From positions 1 to 64,000 of IMG/VR virus record IMGVR_UViG_3300029787_000028: a stretch of DNA of 64,000 bases; one strand, written 5' to 3'. The notes beneath the pieces were generated by a model. It ran no database searches, had not been told where the DNA came from, and saw nothing but the letters and a program-made list of their open reading frames with translations. The stretch's first letter is position 1; every line of letters starts with the position of its first letter. Made by a program: the position numbers and the translations under genes. Positions 37,715 to 48,313 of this stretch are shown here, piece after piece. This stretch comes from an uncultured virus (IMG/VR IMGVR_UViG_3300029787_000028) (taxonomy: Duplodnaviria > Heunggongvirae > Uroviricota > Caudoviricetes > Crassvirales).

Positions 37715-39348
37715 TCAACAACAACTCCAGGTTTGTACCTAAATACACTCCTAACAGTGTTAAGGAGCTTGTAGCTGCACCATTCAAAGAGATGGCTGCT
37801 GGCATGCAGCAGATGGCTGCATCGCAAGCCCAGCGAGACCAAGCGCTCATGAAAGAGCGTCAAGGACAGCTTAACAGGCTGTATAAAGTAGCTGACGGAA
37901 AGAGGGAGGGGTGGTCTATGCAGCACAATAAAGAGTTTGACTCTCAGTTTCAACAGTCTCTAGGAAGGGTTCGTAACGCTCCAACACAGGAAATGTCTGA
38001 TAGACTAATGCGTGAGGAAGTGAACAGGATAAACAGGATATATGGCACCTTTGACTATCACGCAAGAGTTAGGACGGGCAGAAATAGCGGAAGGGATGAG
38101 TATACAGAGTACATGGAGGGAGAAAGAAAGTGGGGTGGTACAGGTTCACCTGTTCTGAGCCTGGAGGACTTGAGGTCTAGGGATCAAAACTGGGAGAACT
38201 CAACTGTAAACATCAGAACAGAGGACGTCAATGGATATCAAACTGCTGTTGGTGATTACGTAGACCCCAAGGGAAGAAGCGTTAGAGAGTTTACTGCAAA
38301 TAGATTTATGCAGGAGGAGGTGCCTTACACAGAGCAGACAGACAGTGATGGGGTGACATACCTAGTCCCTCAAAACAATCCAGACGCCAAGGTTGCTGTC
38401 TCTGGCCCTGAATACTTTCACCCATTTCTTGGTGACAGAAGCTACTATTTGCCAGACTCTGTTCCTAACCGCGTAACCCCTTTGGAGTTTGCAGATCTGA
38501 GTGCCTTTAGAAATCTCGAATCATCTTTAAATAGACAGGTCAACAGCGACGCTTCAAATAAAATCACTCCAGCTCAGGCATCTCAGTCGATGCTTACGAG
38601 TATGACAACGGCATACAACTCTAAGGCAGAGTTTGAGCAGTCTGCTATAGCCTTGTATGAGCAAGAGTACCGTGACGAATATGATCCCAAAGACTTTGAG
38701 CCAGACCAACAGACTGGTCAAAGCTTAGCAGAGGTAGAGGGTCGAAAAAGCCCCAAAGACTTGTTTCTTGAAAAAGCTTTGGAGGCAAGAAGTGGTTTTA
38801 ATCTTAGCATTCCAAAGGCATCTTCAGGCACGAACAACACTCTGTTGTTTGCCAATGTCGAAAAGCGCGGAGCCACAGGGTTGCCAGACAATGTCAACTT
38901 CTCTGCTGAAGAGTCAGCTAGGTATAACGTATATGGAGAGAAGGCAGAAACACTTAGGGGTCTGGCGGGTGAAGAAAGAATAGATATGGTATTCCCTGAA
39001 GAGATCAATCTTCAGTTCAACGGTGAGAAAGTAAACACAGTCAGGATGTTTGCGGACGCTGGTATCATACTTGTTGAAAGAGTCAATGCTGACGATGTGG
39101 GGCAACCATTCCCTGGCCTTACTCTCGAAAACAACCTTGACGAGTTGTACGGAGATCTCTTGCCCACGGGCGGCTGGGAAAAGAAACCAGAAGCAAAGTA
39201 CTTTATCGTCCCCATCTTTGGCAGTGATAGCCAGTACAGCGACGGATTGAGAGCGCTTGAAGAAAACATCGTAAGCGAGTACAAGAGAGCTGGCGACATT
39301 GAGCTTGGAGACAAGCCCTTGAGAAACATTTACAAGACAGGAATTTAA
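37711..39348 (+). CDS. Internal virion (ejection) protein 2
   Basis: Position and helical Q/M-rich N-terminus. Confidence 0.5.
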   Translation: MINNNSRFVPKYTPNSVKELVAAPFKEMAAGMQQMAASQAQRDQALMKERQGQLNRLYKVADGKREGWSMQHNKEFDSQFQQSLGRVRNAPTQEMSDRLMREEVNRINRIYGTFDYHARVRTGRNSGRDEYTEYMEGERKWGGTGSPVLSLEDLRSRDQNWENSTVNIRTEDVNGYQTAVGDYVDPKGRSVREFTANRFMQEEVPYTEQTDSDGVTYLVPQNNPDAKVAVSGPEYFHPFLGDRSYYLPDSVPNRVTPLEFADLSAFRNLESSLNRQVNSDASNKITPAQASQSMLTSMTTAYNSKAEFEQSAIALYEQEYRDEYDPKDFEPDQQTGQSLAEVEGRKSPKDLFLEKALEARSGFNLSIPKASSGTNNTLLFANVEKRGATGLPDNVNFSAEESARYNVYGEKAETLRGLAGEERIDMVFPEEINLQFNGEKVNTVRMFADAGIILVERVNADDVGQPFPGLTLENNLDELYGDLLPTGGWEKKPEAKYFIVPIFGSDSQYSDGLRALEENIVSEYKRAGDIELGDKPLRNIYKTGI

Positions 39349-39349
39349 G

Positions 39350-42300
39350 ATGGAAGAAGAAGAACTGCTTAAACTGTACGAACAGTACTCTCAATCTGGA
39401 TTCTCTCAGAACAAAGCATTTAGGCTGATGACTGGCGCTGGATACGACACTCCAGAAGCTAGAACCTATATGGCCTCTCTGTACACTGACGGTCCTAAAA
39501 AAAAAAGTCAAGACGCATCTCAAGCGGTATCCAGTACGGAGGAGGTTTCTACGGAATCTACCTCAGCTACGCCTCAGGTTCAGCAGCCAGAGAGTGGAGA
39601 TTTGGATTCTCCTGTAACTAGTTTTGACCTTGCAATAGAAGATCTTTTTCCTGGTGGCCTGAACGTAGCCCCTGCACAAGCTGACGGACCTCCCAACAGA
39701 TACAGGGCTACAGCTGGCGGTGCATACAGGATCAATCCTACACCACTTGCCAACGCTGAGCAAGACTACGAGCTTGACAGGATACTTCGATCCATGGGGG
39801 CTGATACATTCCATCAGTTTGCCATGGCTTCAGCTCGTCCTGTACAGGCACTAGGTCAGCAAGGAGCTGACGAGTTGTACAAGGGCTTCTTACCTGAAGG
39901 GTTGTTGGGGGACATCATACGTCCAGGCGAGGCCACGGTGAATAGATACGGTGAGGTGTTGGACAGGTTGGCCATGGCCTACGTCCTTGATGAAAGAACG
40001 CAAAAGGCAGTTGAGGGGGGCATGGATATGGAGCGGGCCCTGCTTGAGAACAAGGACTGGATGAAGAAGTTTGTAAAGTTTTCTGAGGACGACTTTACAG
40101 ACAGGGGGCCAAACCCTTACAACATAGGCATGAAGAGAGATCTCTTTAACAGAGAGATGAAGAAGGTTGAGAAGGAAGTAGATGCCAAGAGGAGAGAGCT
40201 GGAGGTTGACTACGTCAACAACTACTATGGCAAGTCGTTTGTGGATGCTCTGCCTGTAGAGTACAACGAAAAAATCGAAGACCCTGAAGGGAAACAAGTG
40301 CTCACCAACGCATCAAGAAGCAAGCTGGCCTCTTTGGAGAAGCAGTTCAAGAGACGCACAGGATATGCGATTGACTTCTCTGGGGACAACAAGGTTGGCA
40401 ATAGACCACTGTTTCAGGTGAAGCCTGGATTTAGAGGCACGATTAAGTTTGAGGGGGAGGCAGTAGATAAGCTCACAAATAGCTCCGTCAGCGTACTTGA
40501 TGGCATGACGTATTTGCTGTCACGCCTAGGGGGTGGCATGCTAGGGGCTACTGAGACATACACAGATGAAAACGGAAACGTTGTCAATGTGGGCGAGCTG
40601 ATGATGTCAGAGGTAGATCTGCATCTTAAGAGAAGTGAAGAAGAGATGCAGGAGCTGAATGAGAAGATGAATGAGTATCAGCTCAATGTCTCAAGCTCCC
40701 TGGCAAACGGAGACTTTGCCAGTGCTATGGAGCAAAGCTTTTTGATGACAGCAGAGAGCGCACCATACTTGGCCCCTATGCTTCTTACTAAAAAGCTGGG
40801 GATTACAGGCTCTGCAGCTATGTCTACGTTTTTGGGATTGGGGGTCGAGGCAAATTTGATCAAAGAAGACAAGACGTTTGATACGTTCGTCAAAGACGGC
40901 AAGAAATACAACTACTACGAAGCAGCAAAAGAAGCTGGAACCTATGACATGACGGAGCTGGAGAAGCAGTTCGAAATAGAGACTGATTACTTCAAGAGAT
41001 GGGGATTCTTAGGATCTGTTGCTGCAGCTGACTTTGGTGTAAACCTTTCACTGAACAGGGCCTTGATGGGTTCTTACAAGAAAGGTATGAAGCTCGAAGC
41101 AGAGAGCTGGTTCAAGGGGTGGGCGTATGGACAGAGAACTGCCCTTGGGGAGAGCGCCATGGCCACCGCAACGTCTATGTTTATCAGGAACTGTGATGAA
41201 GCACTCAAGGGGGGAAACATTGACTTTGAGCAGGCGGCGAGTGATGCAATAGAGATGACCATTAGCACAGCTCCGCTGACTATGTTGTTGCACACAGCGG
41301 GTAGCGCGGCAAGATCTATCAGGGGCACTGCTGCTACTCCACAAACTGTGCCGCTGAATGCAGAAGAGATGGGTGCCTTGAACAGGCAGGTGCTGGAGTA
41401 TCAGAGAAAGGTGTCCAAGTCAAGAGACCCCAGGTTTATTGCGGAAGCCAATCAGTTTATCCTGAACAACAGAAGAAAGGTAGCAGATCTGCGTCAGGGC
41501 AACGTTGACTATCTAACATACTTGCACGAGAAAGACCCCTCTGCTTTTTTGGAAGTGAGCAACGCCTCTTTGACACTGGAGCGTCTGAAGCTGAACTACA
41601 AGAATACGAACGACCCCAACCTCAAGCTGCAATACAAAGAGAATGCAACCGCATTGCTCTCAAGGCTCGATGAAATATACGGGAGCAACAAGGCTGAGTT
41701 TGAGAAGTTCCAAGGGACAATTCGTGGTGTAAGAGAGAGGGAGGAAGAGAGAGCTGATCCCAATCAAGTGGGTGGACCTAGAACCAGACAGCAGGATCAA
41801 AGAGTCCTTGACGAGCTCACCACGCCACAACAAAGAACAGACACTGACCTTATCCCAATAAAGCCAGAGCCAGATCCTACGCTGTCACCTTACGCAAAAA
41901 TGAATGACAGGATGGCTGGCCTGAGACGCATTGGTCAAAAGGCAAGAGAGAAATTTAATCAGTTTTTCAGAAGCAGTGGCGGTATAGGCAACAAAAACAT
42001 TGAAGAGGTTGTAAGGTCAAAGCAGAGGCTGGACTCAGGATGGATAGACGAGGTTCAGTTTGATGCTAGGCTTTGGAGACAACTGCTGAAGCAAGTAAGA
42101 AGACCAGAGGGTCTTGCTGGCAGGAAGAGAAGCAAGGCAGAGATGCAGGTTACTCAAGAGGCTATGTATGATGTCTTGACTGGCAAAGCCAAGATGGAAG
42201 ACGCTAGACTCATGGACCTGACGCCTCAGCAAAAAGATCAGCTGCAATACTTCAGAAGTCATGTAGACAGCCTGTCTAGTCAACTTATTAAAACACTGCA

Positions 42301-44932
42301 AGATGCACCAGCTGGGTCTCCTGAGAGCATGAAGGCACGCCAAGAGTTGATTGAAAAGATTCAAAGAAACAAAGGGGCGTACTTGACGCAGTCTTACGAG
42401 CTGTTCATGGATGGTGGCAAGAGACTTGACCTGCTCTTGGGGCACAAAAAGGACATGCCAGCCAACATCAGAAAGGCATACGACGATGCTGTTGAGTTTA
42501 TTGCAGATCAGTTTGACAACGACATCACCTCAGATACGCCCCTCACAAGGCAACAAAGGTTGCAGCTTGCTGACCAAAAGCTTGGGCAATACCTGCAAAG
42601 GCTGAAGGGGGGCAAAGAGGGGACATCGTTTGGTATCCTTGGGGCCATTGACGCACCATTCCTGAGAGCTAAGAAGAATGATTTGGCACAGCCAATTCAG
42701 CAGTTGTTGGGCAAGATTCAAGACCCAATGAATGCTTACTTGACCACCACATCTAAGCTCAACTCTTACCTGGCAAACACAAGATGGCAAACAGAGTTGT
42801 CCATGGTTCTAAAAGAGTCTGGGATCAGTCGTCTTGGACAGGAGTTCTCTGGTATGACTTCAGACATGGGGCGCATGGTGCCCTTGGTTCCTGACGGTGA
42901 CCGTTGGCTGCCACTTACTCAAACCTTTGTGCCTGAAGGATTTAAGACAGCCTTTGATAACTTGATGCCCCTGAAGAGCATTGACAACGACATCATGAAG
43001 TTTGCCGTTTCAGTGACCTCAGCTGTCAAGGTTGGTAAGACTGTCTTCTCTCCCACCACCACATCAAGAAACCTGGTGAGTGGTACGTTCCTGGCTATGG
43101 CGAACGGGCACCTCCCTGTCAACCCAGCCAACCTTGGAAAGACCATGGATGCTGTCACGCAAGCGTGGGGTGCCAGTGCAAAGCGAGGAATCAAAGGCAA
43201 AGGTAAGTATGCTGACTCTGTATGGAGGGCAGAAAGAAAGAAACTCATCGAGATGGGTATTCTTAATGACGGTGCCAACTCTGGTGAACTCATGGCCTTT
43301 ATCAACGACAGCATGGGTGGTGATATCAAAAGGATTCTGAAAGGCAAAGGGAGGACAGGTATCAAAGACTTCTCTCAGAAGCTGTACGCATTTGGTGACG
43401 ACTTCTATAAGGTCAATGGATACTATCAAGAGCGAAAAGCTTTTGTTGACTCTGGTATGTCCGTGGCTGAGGCAGAAGCCCAAGCAGCAGCTCGTGTAAG
43501 AGGGGGCTACCCCACATACAGCTACATCTCAAAGGGTGCAAAGCAGTTGAGAAGGTTCCCTGCCGCTGGTTCGTTTGTCTCGTTCCCTTACGAGATGTAC
43601 AGAACTACGGCCAATCAATTCAGATTTATGGCTGAAGACTACCAAGCAGGTAGAACAGGCATGGCTATGAGAAGGGCTATGGGCTTGTTGACGTCTGGTG
43701 TAACAGGCTATGCTCTGTCTGAGTACAGCATGGACAAGCTTGGCATGACGGACCAGGAAGATCAAGCGATCAGAGCCCTTGGTCCTGGATGGCAGAAGCT
43801 GTCTCAGCTGGTGTACTTAGGGACTGAAGACGGTTCACCCATGTTCATGGATGCGTCTTACGCCTTGCCCCACGAGGTGGTCATGAAACCAATAAGAGCT
43901 TTGTTTGGATCTAATCCAGACGATAAAGACCTGATGGACAACATGATGACCGCTGTTGGCGAAGTGGTGAAGCCTTTCATTGATCAAGATGTTACAACAC
44001 GCTTTGTCAGTGGCCTTGTAGGAAACAGAAATGAGAACGGTCGAGAAATCATCAGCCTGTCGCCAACTGAAAAGAAGCAAGGATTTGGAGGGCTCTTTTC
44101 AGCATGCATGGATGACAGCGCGAGAGGCACTAGAAACTGTTACAACGTGCTTGCTCACTTCATCAAAGGTGCAGCACCTGGTGTCGCCATCAACGCTGCT
44201 GAATTTTTGAGAGCTGGAGCGATAGAAGAAACGTATGAACTTTTGAAAGGTGAGGAGTTGCCCAACGGTCACCCACTTGAAGAAGCCCAGGATGCGTTCC
44301 AGGATTACTTCCCTCAGAAAACCAGCTACAAAGAGTACACCATTAGGGATGCGGTGTATGCTTTCTTTGGAGCTCGTGTCAGCTACATGCCCCTTGATGT
44401 AGCAGGGGCAAACTCAATCAGAGAGTGGGACTCACATGCCCAAGACGAGATGAATGAAGTGTGGCATCTGACCATGCCACAGCCTGAGCTGACCATGCCT
44501 GGGGAGATTGATGAGAGGGCAGCAGAGTACATCTACCAAAACAACGAGGCGCAGAACAATATCCAAAGAACAGTGGATCTAGTTACAACACTGGACATGG
44601 AGTTAAAGGATATCGTCAAGATGTTGGATCGAGGGGGTATACCAGAAAAGGAGATGGGCTTCTACCTAACAGACAGATATGTATTCCCTCCCTTGATCTC
44701 TCAAGAACAAGTACAAAACCACATAGAGTCGCAGACCTGGACAAAGGGAATAACCACAGAGGAGAGAATAGAAATAATCAAGGCTGGGTGGAGAAACGCA
44801 GGGCAGTTCAACAGAGCTGTAGCAAACGGATATAAAGAAACACTGAGGGACGCAGGTCTTTCTGAATCAGAGATTGAAAACAAACTAAAAGAAATGAGAG
44901 ATGGCCTTGGAGAAACAAACTACGAAGATTAA
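39350..44932 (+). CDS. Large internal virion (ejection) protein 3
   Basis: 1860 aa, mostly helical; YPTYS...FVSFPYEMYRT; third of an ascending-size trio. Confidence 0.6.
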   Translation: MEEEELLKLYEQYSQSGFSQNKAFRLMTGAGYDTPEARTYMASLYTDGPKKKSQDASQAVSSTEEVSTESTSATPQVQQPESGDLDSPVTSFDLAIEDLFPGGLNVAPAQADGPPNRYRATAGGAYRINPTPLANAEQDYELDRILRSMGADTFHQFAMASARPVQALGQQGADELYKGFLPEGLLGDIIRPGEATVNRYGEVLDRLAMAYVLDERTQKAVEGGMDMERALLENKDWMKKFVKFSEDDFTDRGPNPYNIGMKRDLFNREMKKVEKEVDAKRRELEVDYVNNYYGKSFVDALPVEYNEKIEDPEGKQVLTNASRSKLASLEKQFKRRTGYAIDFSGDNKVGNRPLFQVKPGFRGTIKFEGEAVDKLTNSSVSVLDGMTYLLSRLGGGMLGATETYTDENGNVVNVGELMMSEVDLHLKRSEEEMQELNEKMNEYQLNVSSSLANGDFASAMEQSFLMTAESAPYLAPMLLTKKLGITGSAAMSTFLGLGVEANLIKEDKTFDTFVKDGKKYNYYEAAKEAGTYDMTELEKQFEIETDYFKRWGFLGSVAAADFGVNLSLNRALMGSYKKGMKLEAESWFKGWAYGQRTALGESAMATATSMFIRNCDEALKGGNIDFEQAASDAIEMTISTAPLTMLLHTAGSAARSIRGTAATPQTVPLNAEEMGALNRQVLEYQRKVSKSRDPRFIAEANQFILNNRRKVADLRQGNVDYLTYLHEKDPSAFLEVSNASLTLERLKLNYKNTNDPNLKLQYKENATALLSRLDEIYGSNKAEFEKFQGTIRGVREREEERADPNQVGGPRTRQQDQRVLDELTTPQQRTDTDLIPIKPEPDPTLSPYAKMNDRMAGLRRIGQKAREKFNQFFRSSGGIGNKNIEEVVRSKQRLDSGWIDEVQFDARLWRQLLKQVRRPEGLAGRKRSKAEMQVTQEAMYDVLTGKAKMEDARLMDLTPQQKDQLQYFRSHVDSLSSQLIKTLQDAPAGSPESMKARQELIEKIQRNKGAYLTQSYELFMDGGKRLDLLLGHKKDMPANIRKAYDDAVEFIADQFDNDITSDTPLTRQQRLQLADQKLGQYLQRLKGGKEGTSFGILGAIDAPFLRAKKNDLAQPIQQLLGKIQDPMNAYLTTTSKLNSYLANTRWQTELSMVLKESGISRLGQEFSGMTSDMGRMVPLVPDGDRWLPLTQTFVPEGFKTAFDNLMPLKSIDNDIMKFAVSVTSAVKVGKTVFSPTTTSRNLVSGTFLAMANGHLPVNPANLGKTMDAVTQAWGASAKRGIKGKGKYADSVWRAERKKLIEMGILNDGANSGELMAFINDSMGGDIKRILKGKGRTGIKDFSQKLYAFGDDFYKVNGYYQERKAFVDSGMSVAEAEAQAAARVRGGYPTYSYISKGAKQLRRFPAAGSFVSFPYEMYRTTANQFRFMAEDYQAGRTGMAMRRAMGLLTSGVTGYALSEYSMDKLGMTDQEDQAIRALGPGWQKLSQLVYLGTEDGSPMFMDASYALPHEVVMKPIRALFGSNPDDKDLMDNMMTAVGEVVKPFIDQDVTTRFVSGLVGNRNENGREIISLSPTEKKQGFGGLFSACMDDSARGTRNCYNVLAHFIKGAAPGVAINAAEFLRAGAIEETYELLKGEELPNGHPLEEAQDAFQDYFPQKTSYKEYTIRDAVYAFFGARVSYMPLDVAGANSIREWDSHAQDEMNEVWHLTMPQPELTMPGEIDERAAEYIYQNNEAQNNIQRTVDLVTTLDMELKDIVKMLDRGGIPEKEMGFYLTDRYVFPPLISQEQVQNHIESQTWTKGITTEERIEIIKAGWRNAGQFNRAVANGYKETLRDAGLSESEIENKLKEMRDGLGETNYED

Positions 44933-45347
44933 AGACACAGGCTTGGGCAAGTGGCTCAAGTCAAAAGCACCTAATGTGCTCAATGTTGTTGGGGACTTGC
45001 TGCCAGACAGCGGCGGTCTTGGTATTGTAAAAAATCTTATTGATAAAGATCCTGATGTCAACACTGACGAAGGTGTGGCTGCTGTCGATGCAGAGATTCA
45101 GTTCCAGAACAACGTGACTGAAAGATGGAAGGCTGATATGGGCAGCGATGTCAAGCTGGCTAAGCTTATCAGACCAGTCACTTTGATCGCATTGATGAGC
45201 ATGTTTATGGTGACTATGTTTATAGACAGCATGGACAACGTCGCATTTAACGTCAAGGATTCTTATGTAGATTTGTTGCAGGTTTTAATGCTAACAGCAT
45301 TTGGTGCATACTTTGCTGGTCGCACCATAGAAAAGGCAAAAAAGTAA
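44901..45347 (+). CDS. Holin (GTA-type 3TM holin-like)
   Basis: RWKADM.SD..LAKLIRP, two hydrophobic helices, GAYFAGRTIEK. Confidence 0.75.
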   Translation: MALEKQTTKIKDTGLGKWLKSKAPNVLNVVGDLLPDSGGLGIVKNLIDKDPDVNTDEGVAAVDAEIQFQNNVTERWKADMGSDVKLAKLIRPVTLIALMSMFMVTMFIDSMDNVAFNVKDSYVDLLQVLMLTAFGAYFAGRTIEKAKK

Positions 45348-45350
45348 GTC

Positions 45351-46175
45351 ATGAAAGTCAGGTATGAACATGGTGGTGAGCACGATCCAATCAAGCAGAT
45401 CTTAGCAAATCAGTTGGCGGCTGACAGGGCAGACCTTGGCTTTTCTGCAAGCCCCTCAATGCAGTTGTATGGGTTTGAAGATGGGCCCGTCAACATGAGA
45501 CCAGACTTGCTCTTAGATGTTTTGGGTGGGCCTGCAACGGTTAAGGCAGGTGTCCAGGGCATCAGACAACTCATGAAAAAAAGCCCAGAGCTTTACAAAA
45601 AGTTGATGGGATCTGGAACTAAAGTAGTAGATGATGCTGCAAAGCAGGGTGGATTTGATCCCACAGATATTGCTGCTTTGAGGAAAGATGGGGTTTCTGA
45701 AGAAGAGATCATGAAGCTTGTGAAGGGCCCCCAAACAAAGATGACAAAGAAAACTGCTGACAACACTCAGGCTTACATAGAGCGCATGAAGAAGCAGAAG
45801 GTTCAGAATCAAGCCAACAGAGCTCTAAGAGAAGCGGCACGGGACGAATCTCAGCAATTCATAAATATGCAAAGAAGACTTAGCGAACTTGGGATGGAGG
45901 CTGCGGAAGCAGAAAAGATTGCACAAAAAATCTTCAAAGAAAACGTAGATGACATCTTTACTCAGGCAAGAATAGATGACATGGTGCTTGGTAAGGGTGA
46001 TCAACTGGCGAAACAGCTTGGACCCACTATGCAGGAGCTGTACAAAACAAACAGGGGTGTGTTCGATGCCATTTATAATGAGCTCATCCAGCCTGTTACA
46101 TCTAAAAAAATAAGCGGCGCGGTGAACCCACGCATGAATCAGTTTGGTGGCAAGATAAATGTGAGAAAGGCATGA
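45351..46175 (+). CDS. Hypothetical protein, possibly head-internal
   Basis: RYEHGG at N-terminus and NQFGGKI at C-terminus. Confidence 0.55.
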   Translation: MKVRYEHGGEHDPIKQILANQLAADRADLGFSASPSMQLYGFEDGPVNMRPDLLLDVLGGPATVKAGVQGIRQLMKKSPELYKKLMGSGTKVVDDAAKQGGFDPTDIAALRKDGVSEEEIMKLVKGPQTKMTKKTADNTQAYIERMKKQKVQNQANRALREAARDESQQFINMQRRLSELGMEAAEAEKIAQKIFKENVDDIFTQARIDDMVLGKGDQLAKQLGPTMQELYKTNRGVFDAIYNELIQPVTSKKISGAVNPRMNQFGGKINVRKA

Positions 46176-48313
46176 GGTGTTTGTTGTTTATGCTTCTCCC
46201 TTTGTTTGCTACTGCTCAGACAGGGTGGGTCTCTATCTCTATACAGGGTGATGCATACGGCAACGAAACCACATGGCTACTTCGTGATTCCAGCGACGCA
46301 ATTGTTGCAGGATCTGCACCCCTGCAGGGGGAGTATCCCTATGTTGAGGCTTTTCTTCCTCTGCCTGTAGGTGATTACACCTTTACTATCTACGACTCTT
46401 TTGGTGATGGCATTTGCTGTGACTTTGGTGAGGGTTGGTTCTCAATCAACACTTGCGTCTTAGACACCACGGTGTACGACTTCAACGCCTCAGAGCAAAC
46501 CATTCCGTTTGAGGTGCTGGCATGCCCCCCACCAATCTTTGGATGCATGCAGCAGGGAGCTCTGAACTACCATCCCTGGGCAACCGCCCCTGCACCCTGC
46601 GACTTCCCTCCTGTACAATGCGAAGAAGGATACAACAACATCCTTGTCACAGTTACGCCTGATACTTATGCAGCTGAGATCAGCTGGGATCTAATCACAA
46701 TCCCAGATGGTGAGGTCATTGCAGAGGGGTCAGGCTATTCTATTGTAGGGGCTCCCATTGTAGAGGCTGTATGTCTGCCCATTAGTTCAGAGTTCAAGGT
46801 AAACGTGTACGACACATTTGGTGACGGCATGTGTGGTAGCTGCTATGGCGGAGTGGATGGCAACCTACTTGTTTCCAACCTATGTGGAGAGACACTGTAC
46901 TACGTAGGCGACACCACACAGTACGAAGTAGTGTCAAGTGATACTATCGTGATCGACCCATGCTTCCCGCCCATACCTCAGGGATGCACAGACTCGTGGT
47001 TTACAGAGTATGACCCTGGTGCTGTTATCGACGACGGTAGCTGCCAGACAGAAGTGATATTGGGATGCACTGATCCTCAAGCAATTAACTTCAACGAGGA
47101 TGCCAACACACTAGAGACAGAGAACAACTGTGACTTTACTCTGACACTTACAGACGGCGCAGGCGATGGATGGTTTGGCAGCTGGATTGGCGTGCAGCAA
47201 GGTGACGAGATCTGGGGGCCTCTTACGATGCATCCTAACGATGAGTTTGAGAAAGAGATTCAGATTCCCCTTTACTCTGGAGAGGCAGTCAGGGTCATGT
47301 TCTTTACGCAGGGCAACGCTGAGACAACAGCTTCACAGTGTGGTTTCTACTTCGATGGACCCAACGGTGTATTCATGGAAGGCGGAACCAACCCATGGTC
47401 AGACGCCATCAAAAAGTTTCCGTTCAAGTACGATGGTGTGCCTGTGTGCGGAGACTTCTGCGAGCCTGCTATCATGGGCTGCACGCTTAGCTTCGCCTGC
47501 GACTACAACCCTGAAGCAAACGTTGACGGTGACTGCACGTTTCCTATCGAGTACTATGGATGCGACAACGAGTGCATCAACGATGCTGACGGCGATGGAG
47601 TCTGTGATGAGCTGGAGGTCGAGGGGTGTCAGGACTCAGAGGCATACAACTACAACGAGGATGCCACTGATCCAGCTGATTGTGAGGACGTTGTGTTTGG
47701 GTGTACAGATCCCATCATGTTTAACTACAATGAGGAGGCGAACACTGAGAACAACAGCTGCGTGCCGTTCATCTACGGATGTACGATCCCTGAGGCACTG
47801 AACTACGACCCTACTGCCAACACCAACAACGGTAGCTGCGAGCTACCCATGCCTGGGTGTATGGACCCTGACGCTGCCAACTACAACGTGTACGCCAACG
47901 TACCTGCGAACGAGGACTGCCTGTATGATGCGGGGTGCATCACTGGTCCTGGCGAACCATACTGGGCCAACGACTACTGCTACTCGTGGGTGATTGAGGT
48001 TGATCCCTACTGCTGTGAGGTAGGATGGGATGCCGTTTGCATTGAGATGCACGAGTACTGCAGCCAGGGTGTAACCAATGTCGAGGCTCTGGGCTACAAC
48101 TCAATTCAGATATGGCCCAACCCAACATCTGGTGTGCTCAACTTCCAGGCCCCCGCAGAAGCATTTGCAGACGTTTACAGCCACTCTGGGCAGCTTCTGA
48201 TGTCATGGCAAGGAGATAGAGAGATAGACCTTACATCGCTGCCTAACGGCTTGTATGAGATTGTCATCAACTACAAGGGCAGAATTAGGGTTGAAAGAAT
48301 CGTGAAGCAATGA
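46172..48313 (+). CDS. Secreted Cys-rich repeat protein with T9SS type-A C-terminal sorting domain
   Basis: Signal peptide ending ATA-Q; eight GC..A.NY-type repeats; C-terminus IWPNPTSG...IDLTSLPNGLYEIVI..RIVKQ. Confidence 0.85.
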   Translation: MRCLLFMLLPLFATAQTGWVSISIQGDAYGNETTWLLRDSSDAIVAGSAPLQGEYPYVEAFLPLPVGDYTFTIYDSFGDGICCDFGEGWFSINTCVLDTTVYDFNASEQTIPFEVLACPPPIFGCMQQGALNYHPWATAPAPCDFPPVQCEEGYNNILVTVTPDTYAAEISWDLITIPDGEVIAEGSGYSIVGAPIVEAVCLPISSEFKVNVYDTFGDGMCGSCYGGVDGNLLVSNLCGETLYYVGDTTQYEVVSSDTIVIDPCFPPIPQGCTDSWFTEYDPGAVIDDGSCQTEVILGCTDPQAINFNEDANTLETENNCDFTLTLTDGAGDGWFGSWIGVQQGDEIWGPLTMHPNDEFEKEIQIPLYSGEAVRVMFFTQGNAETTASQCGFYFDGPNGVFMEGGTNPWSDAIKKFPFKYDGVPVCGDFCEPAIMGCTLSFACDYNPEANVDGDCTFPIEYYGCDNECINDADGDGVCDELEVEGCQDSEAYNYNEDATDPADCEDVVFGCTDPIMFNYNEEANTENNSCVPFIYGCTIPEALNYDPTANTNNGSCELPMPGCMDPDAANYNVYANVPANEDCLYDAGCITGPGEPYWANDYCYSWVIEVDPYCCEVGWDAVCIEMHEYCSQGVTNVEALGYNSIQIWPNPTSGVLNFQAPAEAFADVYSHSGQLLMSWQGDREIDLTSLPNGLYEIVINYKGRIRVERIVKQ

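Noticed and set aside
39350..44932. Virion RNA polymerase as in crAss-like phages
   Set aside because: No DxDxD catalytic motif seen (closest is IDFSGD), and host-type promoters are present
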